A model generated the notes under the pieces. The model was not told the DNA's origin and searched no databases. It saw only the letters and a list, made by a program, of their open reading frames with translations. A stretch of DNA of 64,000 nucleotides from Bacteroidota bacterium (GTDB lineage Bacteria; Bacteroidota; Bacteroidia; AKYH767-A; OLB10). The stretch covers positions 25,277-89,276 of the forward strand of contig JADKJB010000016.1 in NCBI GenBank assembly GCA_016722525.1. The letters run 5' to 3'. Shown here one piece after another: positions 54,246 to 64,000 of the stretch (position 1 is its first letter; each line of letters begins with the position of its first letter). Both the position numbers and the translations under genes were made by a program.

Positions 54246-54608
54246 CTTTTCAGGCAGACCACCAGAATGGGGATCAAAGGCAAATCACAGGCATTTTTGC
54301 AAGAGAATGGTAGGAAACATTGTATTTTGCTATATCTAACTATGTTTAGCCGGATATTTAACATTGAACCTGGGATGCTAATAGGGGTTGATTTGCGGGA
54401 GATTTTTTAATCCCAAGAAAAAATACTAAAAACAAACAAATTGTCCGCATTTTTCATCTGAATACCATTTTGTCTCAGGGTTTCCCCTTAGAGGGAAACC
54501 TGTGTTTTGTGATTTTTTGTAATAGTTATGCATTTCATGTTTACAATTACATGTAGCTATTTTTCAATCAGCTAATTTCAGTTAAAATTAACCTTTAATC
54601 CGTGTAAT
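54246..54608 (+). repeat. Cassette leader, copy B
   Basis: Collinear with 49719-50081 without indels. It lacks the T-arm/acceptor part of the tRNA remnant; homology starts at CTTTTCAGGCA, the anticodon-loop sequence. Confidence 0.85.
54267..54461 (+). pseudogene. Small leader ORF, copy B, with an in-frame TAA at 54408-54410
   Basis: MGIKGKSQAFLQENGRKHCILLYLTMFSRIFNIEPGMLIGVDLREIF(stop)SQEKILKTNKLSAFFI. Same length and frame as copies A and C. Confidence 0.4.
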
Positions 54609-56325
54609 ATGAAAACAACTTATTCCAAATTAATCATGTTGGTTGCCTTTTTGATATTTTTTCAAATGGAAGGCTTCTCCCAAACATTAACTTTAACACC
54701 CTCCAACTTTAATGGTTATAATATCAGTTGCTTTGGTAGCGCAACAGGAAGTGTAAATCTGACTATTTCAGGAGGCACACCACCATACACTTTCGAGTGG
54801 AGTAATGCGGCCACCACTGAAGATCTTACCAATGTCCCTGCGGGCTATTATCGTGTCAGCGTTGATGATGCTGATACTTTGACATCCATTGTCGAAGCCG
54901 AAATCACGCTAACACAACCGGAACCACTTGAGATCGGAGAGGTTCAGCCGTACGTATATCCAAACAATTATAATGTTAGCCAGTTTGGTGCTTGCCATGG
55001 TACTATCCAAATCAATGTTTCAGGTGGAGTTGTTCCCTATGACTATGCTTGGAGTCCAGGACAACAAACGGTTTCTAATCCAACTAATTTGTGTTCCCCG
55101 CCAAAACACAGTGTTGCTAACCGATGCCATCGGATGTAAGACCTCTGCAAGTGTGCTTTTAAGTGAGCCGGAGCGCGACGACTGGATTATGAATGGTAAT
55201 TTCAGTTCTAATCCCGCCACACAATTTATTGGCACCAGAGACAGCGTGAAACTACTTTTCAAAACCAACAATCAGGAGCGCATGAGTATTGCTGCAGATG
55301 GGCAGTTTAGGATTAACAAACTGGGTGGCACGGGATCTCGTTCGTTGATGGTTGATTCACTAGGGAAGTTGATTGCAGCTCCTGCTCTTAGTTGGATGAC
55401 AAATGGTAATTTTCTCGGTGGTAATGAGTTTATCGGATCCACCAATAGTAAAGATCTGGTTTTTAAAACTTCCGGCATGACAAGAATGAAAATAAAATCA
55501 AATGGCAAAATATCAATATCAGAATTTGAAACTACTGCTAATGGAATTCTTTACACCGACTACTTAGGAGAAATTTGGAAACTTGATTTTGACCCATCAC
55601 AACCAGCATTATTCTTAGATGCTTCAGGAAATTTCACAGCATTACCAACAGGTAGCAATGCCTGGAGTTTGAGTGGACAAACCGTTTACAACCTGCATTC
55701 AGGAAATACAGGAATTGGAATAGCGAACCCTGCTTACAAATTTCATGTTGTGCATGATCCGGGAACTTCTTCAAGTGGAGGAATTATAGTGGAAAGCAAT
55801 AATGCGAACAATGCCAATAGTGAAATTAAGTTTAAGCATGCGGGAAATGATCAATGGTCAATAGGGAGTAATGTTCAACACAACTCTACAAGAAACTTTT
55901 TCATTTATGATAATTCCATTTCACCGGTGGGCGAGACTCGTTTTTATATTGATGGTGATGGACGGATTGGCATTGGTGTGATCCCACCCACAACTTGGCC
56001 TTCACAGAGTGCAGAGTATCGATTGTATGTTGAAGGAGGCATAATGACCCGTGATGTTAAAGTTACTGCCCAAAATCCCTTTCCAGATTATGTGTTCGAA
56101 GGTGACTATGATTTAATGACCATTACAGAGTACGGTAATTACTTAAAAAAACACAAGCATTTACCCGGCATTCCAACAGCTGCCGAAATTGAGGAGCAAA
56201 AAGGATTTGAAGTAGGTGATATGCAAGTAAAACTCCTCGAAAAAGTAGAGGAACAAGCACTATACATTGTGGACTTGCAGTGGCAATTAAATGAAATAAA
56301 GGCTCAACTTAACATCAAAAAATAG
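54609..56325 (+). CDS. SprB-repeat / tail-fibre-like protein B1 (one frameshift; C4 run at 55096-55099 versus C3 in copy C)
   Basis: Same architecture as A1. The C-terminal module is FPDYVFEGDYDLMTITEYGNYLKKHKHLPGIPTAAEIEEQKGFEVGDMQVKLLEKVEEQALYIVDLQWQLNEIKAQL. Confidence 0.65.
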
Positions 56326-56330
56326 TAGCT

Positions 56331-58538
56331 ATGAAAACATACATACTTTTAAGTGTTTTGTGTATCTTTATACTAAATACGCAAGGCCAAACACCACCTC
56401 AAGGTTTTGTGACTCTGAAGGGCAGACAGTTTTATGATGGAAATGGATTGCCGTTTTATCCGTTGTTGATGAATTATTCTCTAGAATATCAACATGATAA
56501 TGCACAAAATGGTACACATTGGCTTAATAAATCATGGGAATATGGAACAGATGATGATGGTTTGAGACTAATAATTTTTGGCAGCTCAAATTGAAATCAT
56601 GAATGATTTGCATCAAATAAAATTGATGGGATTTAATATGGTCCGGCCTGATTTTACTGCGGAGTGGGATACTGATGTAAATCAGTTTTATTTAAAAGGT
56701 CGAACATACGGAATCCAAACAACCCGGCAGATCCGAATAACCATTCCAGTCAAGAAAGGAGAATTTGGTTTGATCAACCATCATTGGCAACAGACCCTAA
56801 TTTCATTGAGTATTTATATTATTTAGATTGGTTTATATCAATGGCTGGCAATGAGAACATGTACACTATGCTTAATGGTGCATTAGGGGACGTTTCAGAT
56901 CCACTGGCATATAATAGATATTTGGAATTTCTGGATTTGTTAGGAAAAAGATTCAAGGATAACAAGTGGTTGGCATTTTACGATATTTTAAACGAACCAT
57001 TATATAAATATAAATATGCGCATGCTGATGGAGATATAAATTTTTATACTAAAAAGCAAGCATGTGAATTGGTTGAAGATTTTTATAATGCCCTTAAAAA
57101 TCCAAATGCAGACCCCAACCACCTCGTTTCTGGCGGAAATTTAGTTACAGAAGATGTCATTTTGTTTGACCCTTCTTTAATGAAACTGGATTTTAGTCAA
57201 CCACACCTATATTCTGAAAAATTTATTTCATACGATGGCATGAACCTGACTAACAAGATTAACAGAGTGAATGGAAGCACATATTGGGTCTACAAAAACA
57301 TACCAATGCCATGGATAAACGGCGAAACCGGTTTTCCTTCATCGGATGTATTTCCAATAGGAGTTAATCTCGTTGCAGGAACAAATCAGGACCAAAAAAC
57401 TTATGCTGATAATATTCTTTCCTCCACACGTGATCATGGAGGAAGTGGATTTACATGGTGGAATTTCCAGGATGGAGCATGGGAAGAATATGGAACCGAA
57501 ATATTTGGATATGGTTTATTAATCTTAGAATCAGGAATTGATAAACCTGCAGTGAATTCATTTCAAAGCTATCTTGATCCATCAACAAACCAACCTCCCC
57601 AATGAGTACAATCGTTCCCAGTGAACCACCTAATTTCCAGGGATCCTTATGTGAACAAATTGTACAATCCAAATGAAACAGGAGCTGTTACAGGCACAGT
57701 TTTAGATGAAAACGGAAACGGAATTGAGAATGCCTGGATTGTGGCAAAGAATTATTTAAAAATAAACCAAACTACTAGTTATGCTGATTGTAGTTGGATT
57801 TACACCTATACAAAAATAATGGCAATTTTAAATTGATACCATTTAATAATGAACCAACAAATGATCACAGAATCACTTATTTAATAGGTTCTGCAATGGG
57901 AGTTGAAAGCTTTCACTCGGGTATAAATGATGGGACTCAGATGGCAAACCCTCCTCCTTTCACACTTAAGCAAAATAAATTTGAATACGATGCGATTGTT
58001 GAATCTGATGTACCCATTTCAGAAGAGATAAATTTTAAAGGCTGGAATTCTCTTACCATGAATAATTCAAAACTGGAAGGAATTTCAACATTAAATGCAA
58101 GAGAAGTCATTAATTTACATGATGGTTTTCATGCAACGCAAACAAGCGAAGTGCATATCTTTCCTGCCGAAACATTTGCAGTTTGTAACGATTACACTGA
58201 TTATACGATTCATTTTGCAACGTGAATCTCAAACCAATCATTCAAATTCAAATATTGTAGACACAAAAAATATTGAGATAAAATTTTCAAAGGCCAAAAT
58301 TTCAATTTTTATTCAACCGAATCCTACCACTGGTTGTGTTACTGTAAAATTAACAAATGATGAAAATCTTGACAACAAAAAATTGATAGTAAGAAACATG
58401 ATTGGTGAAAATTTGAAAGAAATTATTTTCATTGGAAATGAAACCGTATTTAATTTAACAAATTTACCCAAAGGAATTTATTTAATTGAAATGAATTCGG
58501 ACCAAAAACAACTTATTAGCAAACTAATTTTAAACTAA
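56331..58538 (+). CDS. GH5-like (clan GH-A) glycoside hydrolase with a CarboxypepD_reg-like domain and a T9SS sorting domain, B2 (about 5 frameshifts)
   Basis: Six collinear ORF fragments. Motifs GFNMVRP, YDILNEP (acid/base NEP), WINGETGFP (nucleophile). CTD IFIQPNPTTGCVTVKL...GIYLIEMNSDQKQLISKLILN. Confidence 0.6.
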
Positions 58539-58543
58539 TCAAA

Positions 58544-59971
58544 ATGAAAAAAATAATTCAAATAGTTATGGCACTATGTCTATTGCCTTTATTTTCGCTA
58601 TCACAATGGCAATGGGGCAAACAATTTGGTGGAAATTCATTTAATGCTCCTCATGATGTACCTTTAAGTCTTTTAACTGATGGTAATAATTCATTTACAA
58701 TTGGATTTTATGGCGGCCCCTTACACATGCCCGATGACACATTGCCCTCAAATGGAATTAATCAAATATTTATTACAAAATTTAATACATCTGGCACCCA
58801 AATATGGGCTCAATCATTAGGTGGTAACTATAATCAATTTCTGGATTATGAATACGGTGAAGGAGTTATTGATAATAATTCGAATTCAATATTTCTTACA
58901 GGCATTGTAATAGGCGATGTTTCGTTTGGTGGAATTACTTCTTATAGCAGTTCCGGACTTGGAGATATTTTTTTAACAAAAATGGATTTGAATGGAAACT
59001 ATGTTTGGGTTGATCGAATAATAACATCAGGGAAGATCTATCCAAAATATTTATCAGTCCTTTGGAAAATATATCTCATCACTCAAACGGAAGATTCTTC
59101 TCAATTTGGAAATTTTAATTTGCCACCCGAGGTGGGAATAATACAATATGATACTGCAGGAAATTGTTTGTCTGCTGAGTATTATACACCTTCACAGCAA
59201 CCCAGTTTAATAATAAAATATGTAAGATTTATTAGAAAGTGACATATTTTATTTTGGAAGATTTCAAACCACTTCTTTCCAACTTGACACCTTCAACCTA
59301 ACAAACCTCGGCACCTCCGATGCCTTTCTTGCCCGGGCCGATTCTAATGGAAATGTTAAATGGGTAAAGCAATTTGGTAATGCAGGAGCCGATTACATTG
59401 AAGATATGGCCATCAGTAATAATTATCTGTATGCCATCGGTGGCTTTCAGGATTCCATTAATTTTGGCGGAACTTCTTTGTTCAACAATGGAAAAGATGT
59501 ATTTATACAAAGTTTGACACTTCAGGTAACACCATTTGGGCACGCAACTTATTTTGCACCGGTGCCACAAGTTCAGGCAACAAAATAGTGGTCGATAATG
59601 ATGGCAACACATATGTTACTGGTTCCTTTTCAGGAACAGCCTCGTTTGGTAATTTTCAACTCACTACCACCAACCCATCCGATATGTTCCTTGCCAGATA
59701 CGATTCGGCAGGAAACTGCCTGGGAGTGAAAAATTTCGGGCATGCCAGCGGAAATTGTCTGGCAACCGATAGCAACGGAGATGTGGTTGTAGCAGGAACA
59801 TTTAACAATACCGTTACCATTGGTTCCAACACCTTAACCAGCTATGGCGGCAGATTGGAAATGAATGATGGAACTATCAAAGTTGAATTAGAGGCTCAGG
59901 CGAAGGGTGTTTATAGTATTACTCTGGGGAATGGGAAGAGGGTGTTTTCTGGGAAGATGGTTATTGAATGA
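58544..59971 (+). CDS. SBBP-type beta-propeller repeat protein B3 with a truncated sorting domain (about 3 frameshifts)
   Basis: Signal peptide. Repeats of the type DIFLTKMDLNGNYVW, DAFLARADSNGNVKWVKQFG, DMFLARYDSAGNCLGVKNFG. Only the distal half of a CTD remains (GVYSITLGNGKRVFSGKMVIE). Confidence 0.6.
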
Positions 59972-60099
59972 TGTCATATTGTTTAAAAAGCATAATAATC
60001 AGGATGAATTTACAATCAAAAACACTACTTGTTTAAACCATTGATTATACCAAGCTAAAAAAATAATTGAAAATGGTTGTCACTATTTGAAAATAAAAG

Positions 60100-60146
60100 T
60101 GATTCCGAAGCGACTCGAACGCTTGACCTTCTGCTTTTCAGGCAAT
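60100..60146 (-). other. Second copy of the tRNA-Phe(GAA) 3' half remnant
   Basis: Identical 47-nt sequence to 49685-49731, in the same orientation. Confidence 0.75.
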
Positions 60147-60154
60147 CCACCAAA

Positions 60155-60349
60155 ATGGGAGTCAAAGGCACTTCACAGGCTTATATCCTTGGAAACGGTA
60201 GGAAGCATTTTAGAGTGCAAATTTGGGCGATGTTCTGCAGAATATTTAATATTGAAGCTGGGGTGTTGAATGGGGTGGATTTGAGGGAAATATTATTATT
60301 CCAAGAAAAAATACTAAAAACAGACGAATTGTCCGCATTTTTCATCTGA
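60155..60349 (+). CDS. Conserved small ORF (64 aa), copy C
   Basis: Differs from copy A at a handful of positions and keeps the same stop and terminator. Confidence 0.45.
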   Translation: MGVKGTSQAYILGNGRKHFRVQIWAMFCRIFNIEAGVLNGVDLREILLFQEKILKTDELSAFFI

Positions 60350-60496
60350 ATGCCATTTTGTCTCAGGGTTTACCCTTAGAGGGAAACCTGTGTTTTGTGA
60401 TCTTTTGTAATAGTTATGCATTTCATGTTTACAATTACATGTAGCTATTTTTCAATCAGCTAATTTCAGTTAAAATTAACCTTTAATCCGTGTAAT

Positions 60497-62209
60497 ATGA
60501 AAACAACTTATTCCAAATTAATTATGTTGGGTGCCATTTTGATATTGTTTCAAATGGAAGGATTCACACAAACATTAACTTTAACACCCTCCAACTTTAA
60601 TGGTTATAATATCAGTTGCTTTGGTAGCGCAACGGGAAGTGTAAATCTGACTATTTCAGGAGGCACACCACCATACACTATTGAATGGAGTAATGCGGCC
60701 ACCAGCGAAGATCTCAGTAATGTACCTGCGGGCTATTATCGTGTCAGCGTTGATGATGCTGATACTTTGACATCCATTGTCGAAGCCGAAATCACGCTAA
60801 CACAACCTGAACCACTTGAGATCGGAGAGGTTCAGCCGTACGTATATCCAAACAATTATAATGTTAGCCAGTTTGGTGCTTGCAATGGAACTATCCAAAT
60901 CAATGTTTCAGGTGGAGTTGTTCCCTATGACTATGCTTGGAGTCCAGGACAACAAACGGTTTCTAATCCAACTAATTTGTGTTCCCGCCAAAACACAGTG
61001 TTGCTAACCGATGCCAACGGATGTATGACCTCTGCAAGTGTGCTTTTAAGTGAGCCGGAGCGCGACGACTGGATTATGAATGGTAATTTCAGTTCTAATC
61101 CCGCCACACAATTTATTGGCACCAGAGACAGCGTGAAACTGCTTTTTAAAACCAACAATCAGGAGCGCATGAGTATTGCTGCAGATGGGCAGTTTAGGAT
61201 TAACAAACTGGGTGGCAGGATCTCGTGCGTTGATGGTTGATTCACTTGGGAAGTTGATTGCAGCGCCTTCTCTTAGCTGGATGACAAATGGTAATTTTCT
61301 CGGTGGTAATGAGTTTATCGGATCAACCAATAGTAAAGATCTGGTTTTTAAAACTTCCGGCCTGACAAGAATGAAATTAAAATCAAATGGTAAAATTTCA
61401 ATATCAGAATTTGAAACTACTGCTAATGGAATTCTTTACACCGACTACTTAGGAGAAATTTGGAAACTTGATTTTGACCCATCACAACCAGCATTATTCT
61501 TAGATGCTTCAGGAAATTTCACAGCATTACCAACAGGTAGCAATGCCTGGAGTTTGAGTGGACAAACTGTTTACAACCTGCATTCAGGAAATACAGGAAT
61601 TGGAATAGCGAACCCTGCTTACAAATTTCATGTTGTGCATGATCCAGGAACTTCTTCAAGTGGAGGAGTTATAGTGGAAAGCAATAATGCGAACAATGCC
61701 AATAGTGAAATTAAGTTTAAGCATGCGGGAAATGATCAATGGTCAATAGGGAGTAATGTTCAACACAATACACAATGAAACTTTTTCATTTATGATAATT
61801 CCATTTCACCGGTGGGCGAGAACCGTTTTTATATTGATGGTGAAGGACGGATTGGGATTGGTGCGATCCCACCCACAACTTGGCTTCACAGAGTGCAGAG
61901 TACCGATTGTATGTTGAAGGTGGCATAATGACCCGTGATGTTAAAGTTACCGCTCAAAATCCCTTTCCAGATTATGTGTTCGAAGGTGACTATGATTTAA
62001 TGACCATTACAGAGTACGGCAATTACTTTGAAAAACACAAACACTTGCCCGGCATTCCAACAGCAGCAGAAATTGAAGAGCAACAAGGATTTGAAGTAGG
62101 TGATATGCAGATAAAGCTACTTGAAAAAGTTGAGGAACAAGCAAGGTATATTGTAGATTTACAACGGCAATTAAATGAAATAAAGGCTCAACTTAACATC
62201 AAAAAATAG
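60497..62209 (+). CDS. SprB-repeat / tail-fibre-like protein C1 (2-nt deletion ~61217, in-frame TGA at 61776-61778, 1-nt deletion ~61893); possibly a true pseudogene
   Basis: Collinear and highly similar to B1 over its whole length. The lesions were identified by direct comparison with B1. Confidence 0.6.
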
Positions 62210-62214
62210 TAGCT

Positions 62215-64000
62215 ATGAAAACATACATACTTTTAAGTGTTTTGTGTATCTTTATACTAAATACGCAAGGACAAACACCACCTCAAGGCTATGTGACTCT
62301 GAAGGGCAGACAGTTTTATGATGGAAATGGAAATCCGTTTTATCCGTTGATGATGAATTATGAAATGGAATATCAGTATGACAATAGTTTTACCAATCAC
62401 TGGTTGAATAAATACTGGGAATATGGTATAGAAAATGATGGATTTGAAAATACTAATTCTATTGATGCTGAGAATGAAATAATTTCAGATCTTACTATTA
62501 TAAGAAATATAGGATTCAATATGGTAAGACCTGAATTTACACCGAAATGGGATCCAGTTTTGAAAGAATTTTATTTACGAGGTCGTACATATGGTGATCC
62601 GTCAGTTCAATATAACCTAGATAGTGACGATGCCAGAACCTATTTTGATCAACCTTATGCAACGAATCAAGCTGTTTTAGAATATTTTACATATATGGAC
62701 TGGTTCATTGATCAGGCAGGACAAAATAATATGTACACCATGTTGAATGGTGTTTTAGGTGATGTTACCGATCCTGATGCATTTATTCCTTATAAAGAAT
62801 ATCTTGACTTATTAGGCAAACATTTTAAATTTAATACTTGGCTCGCGTTTTATGATATTATAAATGAACCACAATATGTATATAATTATGCCTATTCAAC
62901 ACCTCAATATAGTAAAATGCAAGCATGTGAATTGGTTGCTGAATATTACGATGCCTTAAAAGATGACAATGCAGATCCAAATCATCTCGTCTCGGGAGGG
63001 AATTTGGTCACTGAAGATGTTACTTTGTTTGACCCTTCATTATTAAAATTAGATTTTAGTCAGCCACATTTATATTCTGAAAGTTATACTACTTATGATA
63101 ATTGCAACTTAACAAATAAAATTAATAGAATAAAAGGAAGTACCTACTGGTTTTCAAAAAATATTCCAATGCCATGGATAAATGGCGAAACAGGATTTCC
63201 TTCTTCTGATGACCCGCAATATCCCAAATGTAATGATTTAGTTTGTTTAGTTGCCGGATCAAATGCCGATCAACAATCCTATGCGGAACAAATTTTACAA
63301 AATACACGAGATAGCAAAGGCAGCGGTTTTGTATGGTGGGTTTTTCAGGATGGAGCCTGGCCCGATCATGGAAATGCGCTTAATGGGTATGGATTGTTGA
63401 CCCTTGAAACTGGAGCGCCCAAACAAGCTGTAACCACTTTTGCAAATTATTTGGACCCAAATAATAATTATCAGCCTCCTCCTGCAAGTGCTACCTTGCC
63501 AGCAGAACCAGATAACTATAGGGACCCATATGTTAACAAACAATTCAACCCAAATGAAATTGGAGCCGTTACTGGAAGAGTCTTGGATGAGACCGGAAAC
63601 GGAGTTGATAATGCTTGGGTAACAGCAAAAAATTATTTGTACGTTGATTATAGTCTTCCACAACCTGAAATTGTTTGTTCATGGATAAATACGTATACAG
63701 ATCCAGATGGGTATTTTAAAATTATTCCATTGAACACTACAGATTTCATGGATCCATAGAATCACCTTATATAAGAGGTTCAGCAATGGGGCAGAAAGTT
63801 TTCATGCAGGAATTAATGATGGTACACAAATGGTAAACCCGTCTGATGTCACGCTTAAAAATATTAAATTTGAATATGATGCTTTTGAGGAAGTAGCTGT
63901 TGCAATTTTAGACCAGAGAAATTTTAAAGGTTGGAATTCTTTAACAATAGCAACTCAAAATTGGAAGGAGAATCACAATTAAATGCCAGAGAGAAATTAA
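62215..64000 (+). CDS. GH5-like glycoside hydrolase paralogue C2 (intact for 514 codons, frameshift ~63755, continues past the window end)
   Basis: Motifs GFNMVRPEF, YDIINEP, WINGETGFP and GAVTGRVLDETGNGVDNAW. The first ~125 nt are near-identical to B2, then the sequences diverge. Confidence 0.65.

Larger units (their letters stand above)
60096..60496 (+). repeat. Cassette leader, copy C
   Basis: Near-identical to 49681-50081, including the tRNA remnant, small ORF and terminator. Confidence 0.9.

Noticed and set aside
1-64000. Genome-wide pseudogenisation (degenerating symbiont) or recoding as the explanation for broken genes
   Set aside because: Simultaneous disruption of gyrA, prfC, clpC, glmM, coaBC and others is not viable. 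The lesions are 1-nt indels concentrated in homopolymers, and paralogue comparison (C4 versus C3) shows run-length differences typical of sequencing error. This is kept as the alternative if accurate reads confirm the indels.

Overview
AT-rich chromosomal segment with clear Bacteroidota character: TAnnTTTG -7 promoter boxes, the bamD-rpoZ-coaBC-DUF4835-recN synteny block, T9SS C-terminal sorting domains and SprB repeats. Positions ~350-49,560 are a dense, mostly conserved housekeeping and envelope region. It holds tRNA-Lys, an SDR, diadenylate cyclase, 3-methyladenine glycosylase, RecQ, a Lys/Ala-rich histone-H1-like protein, an alpha-oxoamine synthase, BamD, RpoZ, CoaBC, RecN, FabI, ClpC and GyrA. 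It also holds a LiaF-like/LytS-like/LytTR module, a DEAD-box helicase next to a cold-shock protein, a Na/Pi cotransporter, a rhomboid fusion protein, a Crp/Fnr-rhodanese-methyltransferase-DinB cluster, M2 and M13 peptidases, PrfC, cysteine desulfurase, GlmM, RibH and a SET-domain protein. From 49,681 to the right edge the content becomes accessory, with three direct paralogous cassettes: A 49,681-54,135; B 54,246-59,971; C 60,096 to beyond 64,000. Each cassette starts with a ~0.4-kb conserved leader. Two leaders begin with an antisense 3' half of tRNA-Phe, and all three contain a small conserved ORF plus an intrinsic terminator. The leader is followed by a SprB-repeat/tail-fibre-like secreted protein and tightly packed partner genes (beta-barrel, GH5-like, PKD, SBBP), several with T9SS sorting domains. 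The 5' ends of the three fibre genes are mosaics of one another. Almost every long gene, including essential ones, is broken by 1-nt indels, mostly in homopolymer runs. I interpret these as sequence-quality artefacts, so the gene spans below are reconstructed full-length spans rather than individual ORF fragments. I saw no rRNA, CRISPR array, transposase, integrase or recognisable defence system in this window.
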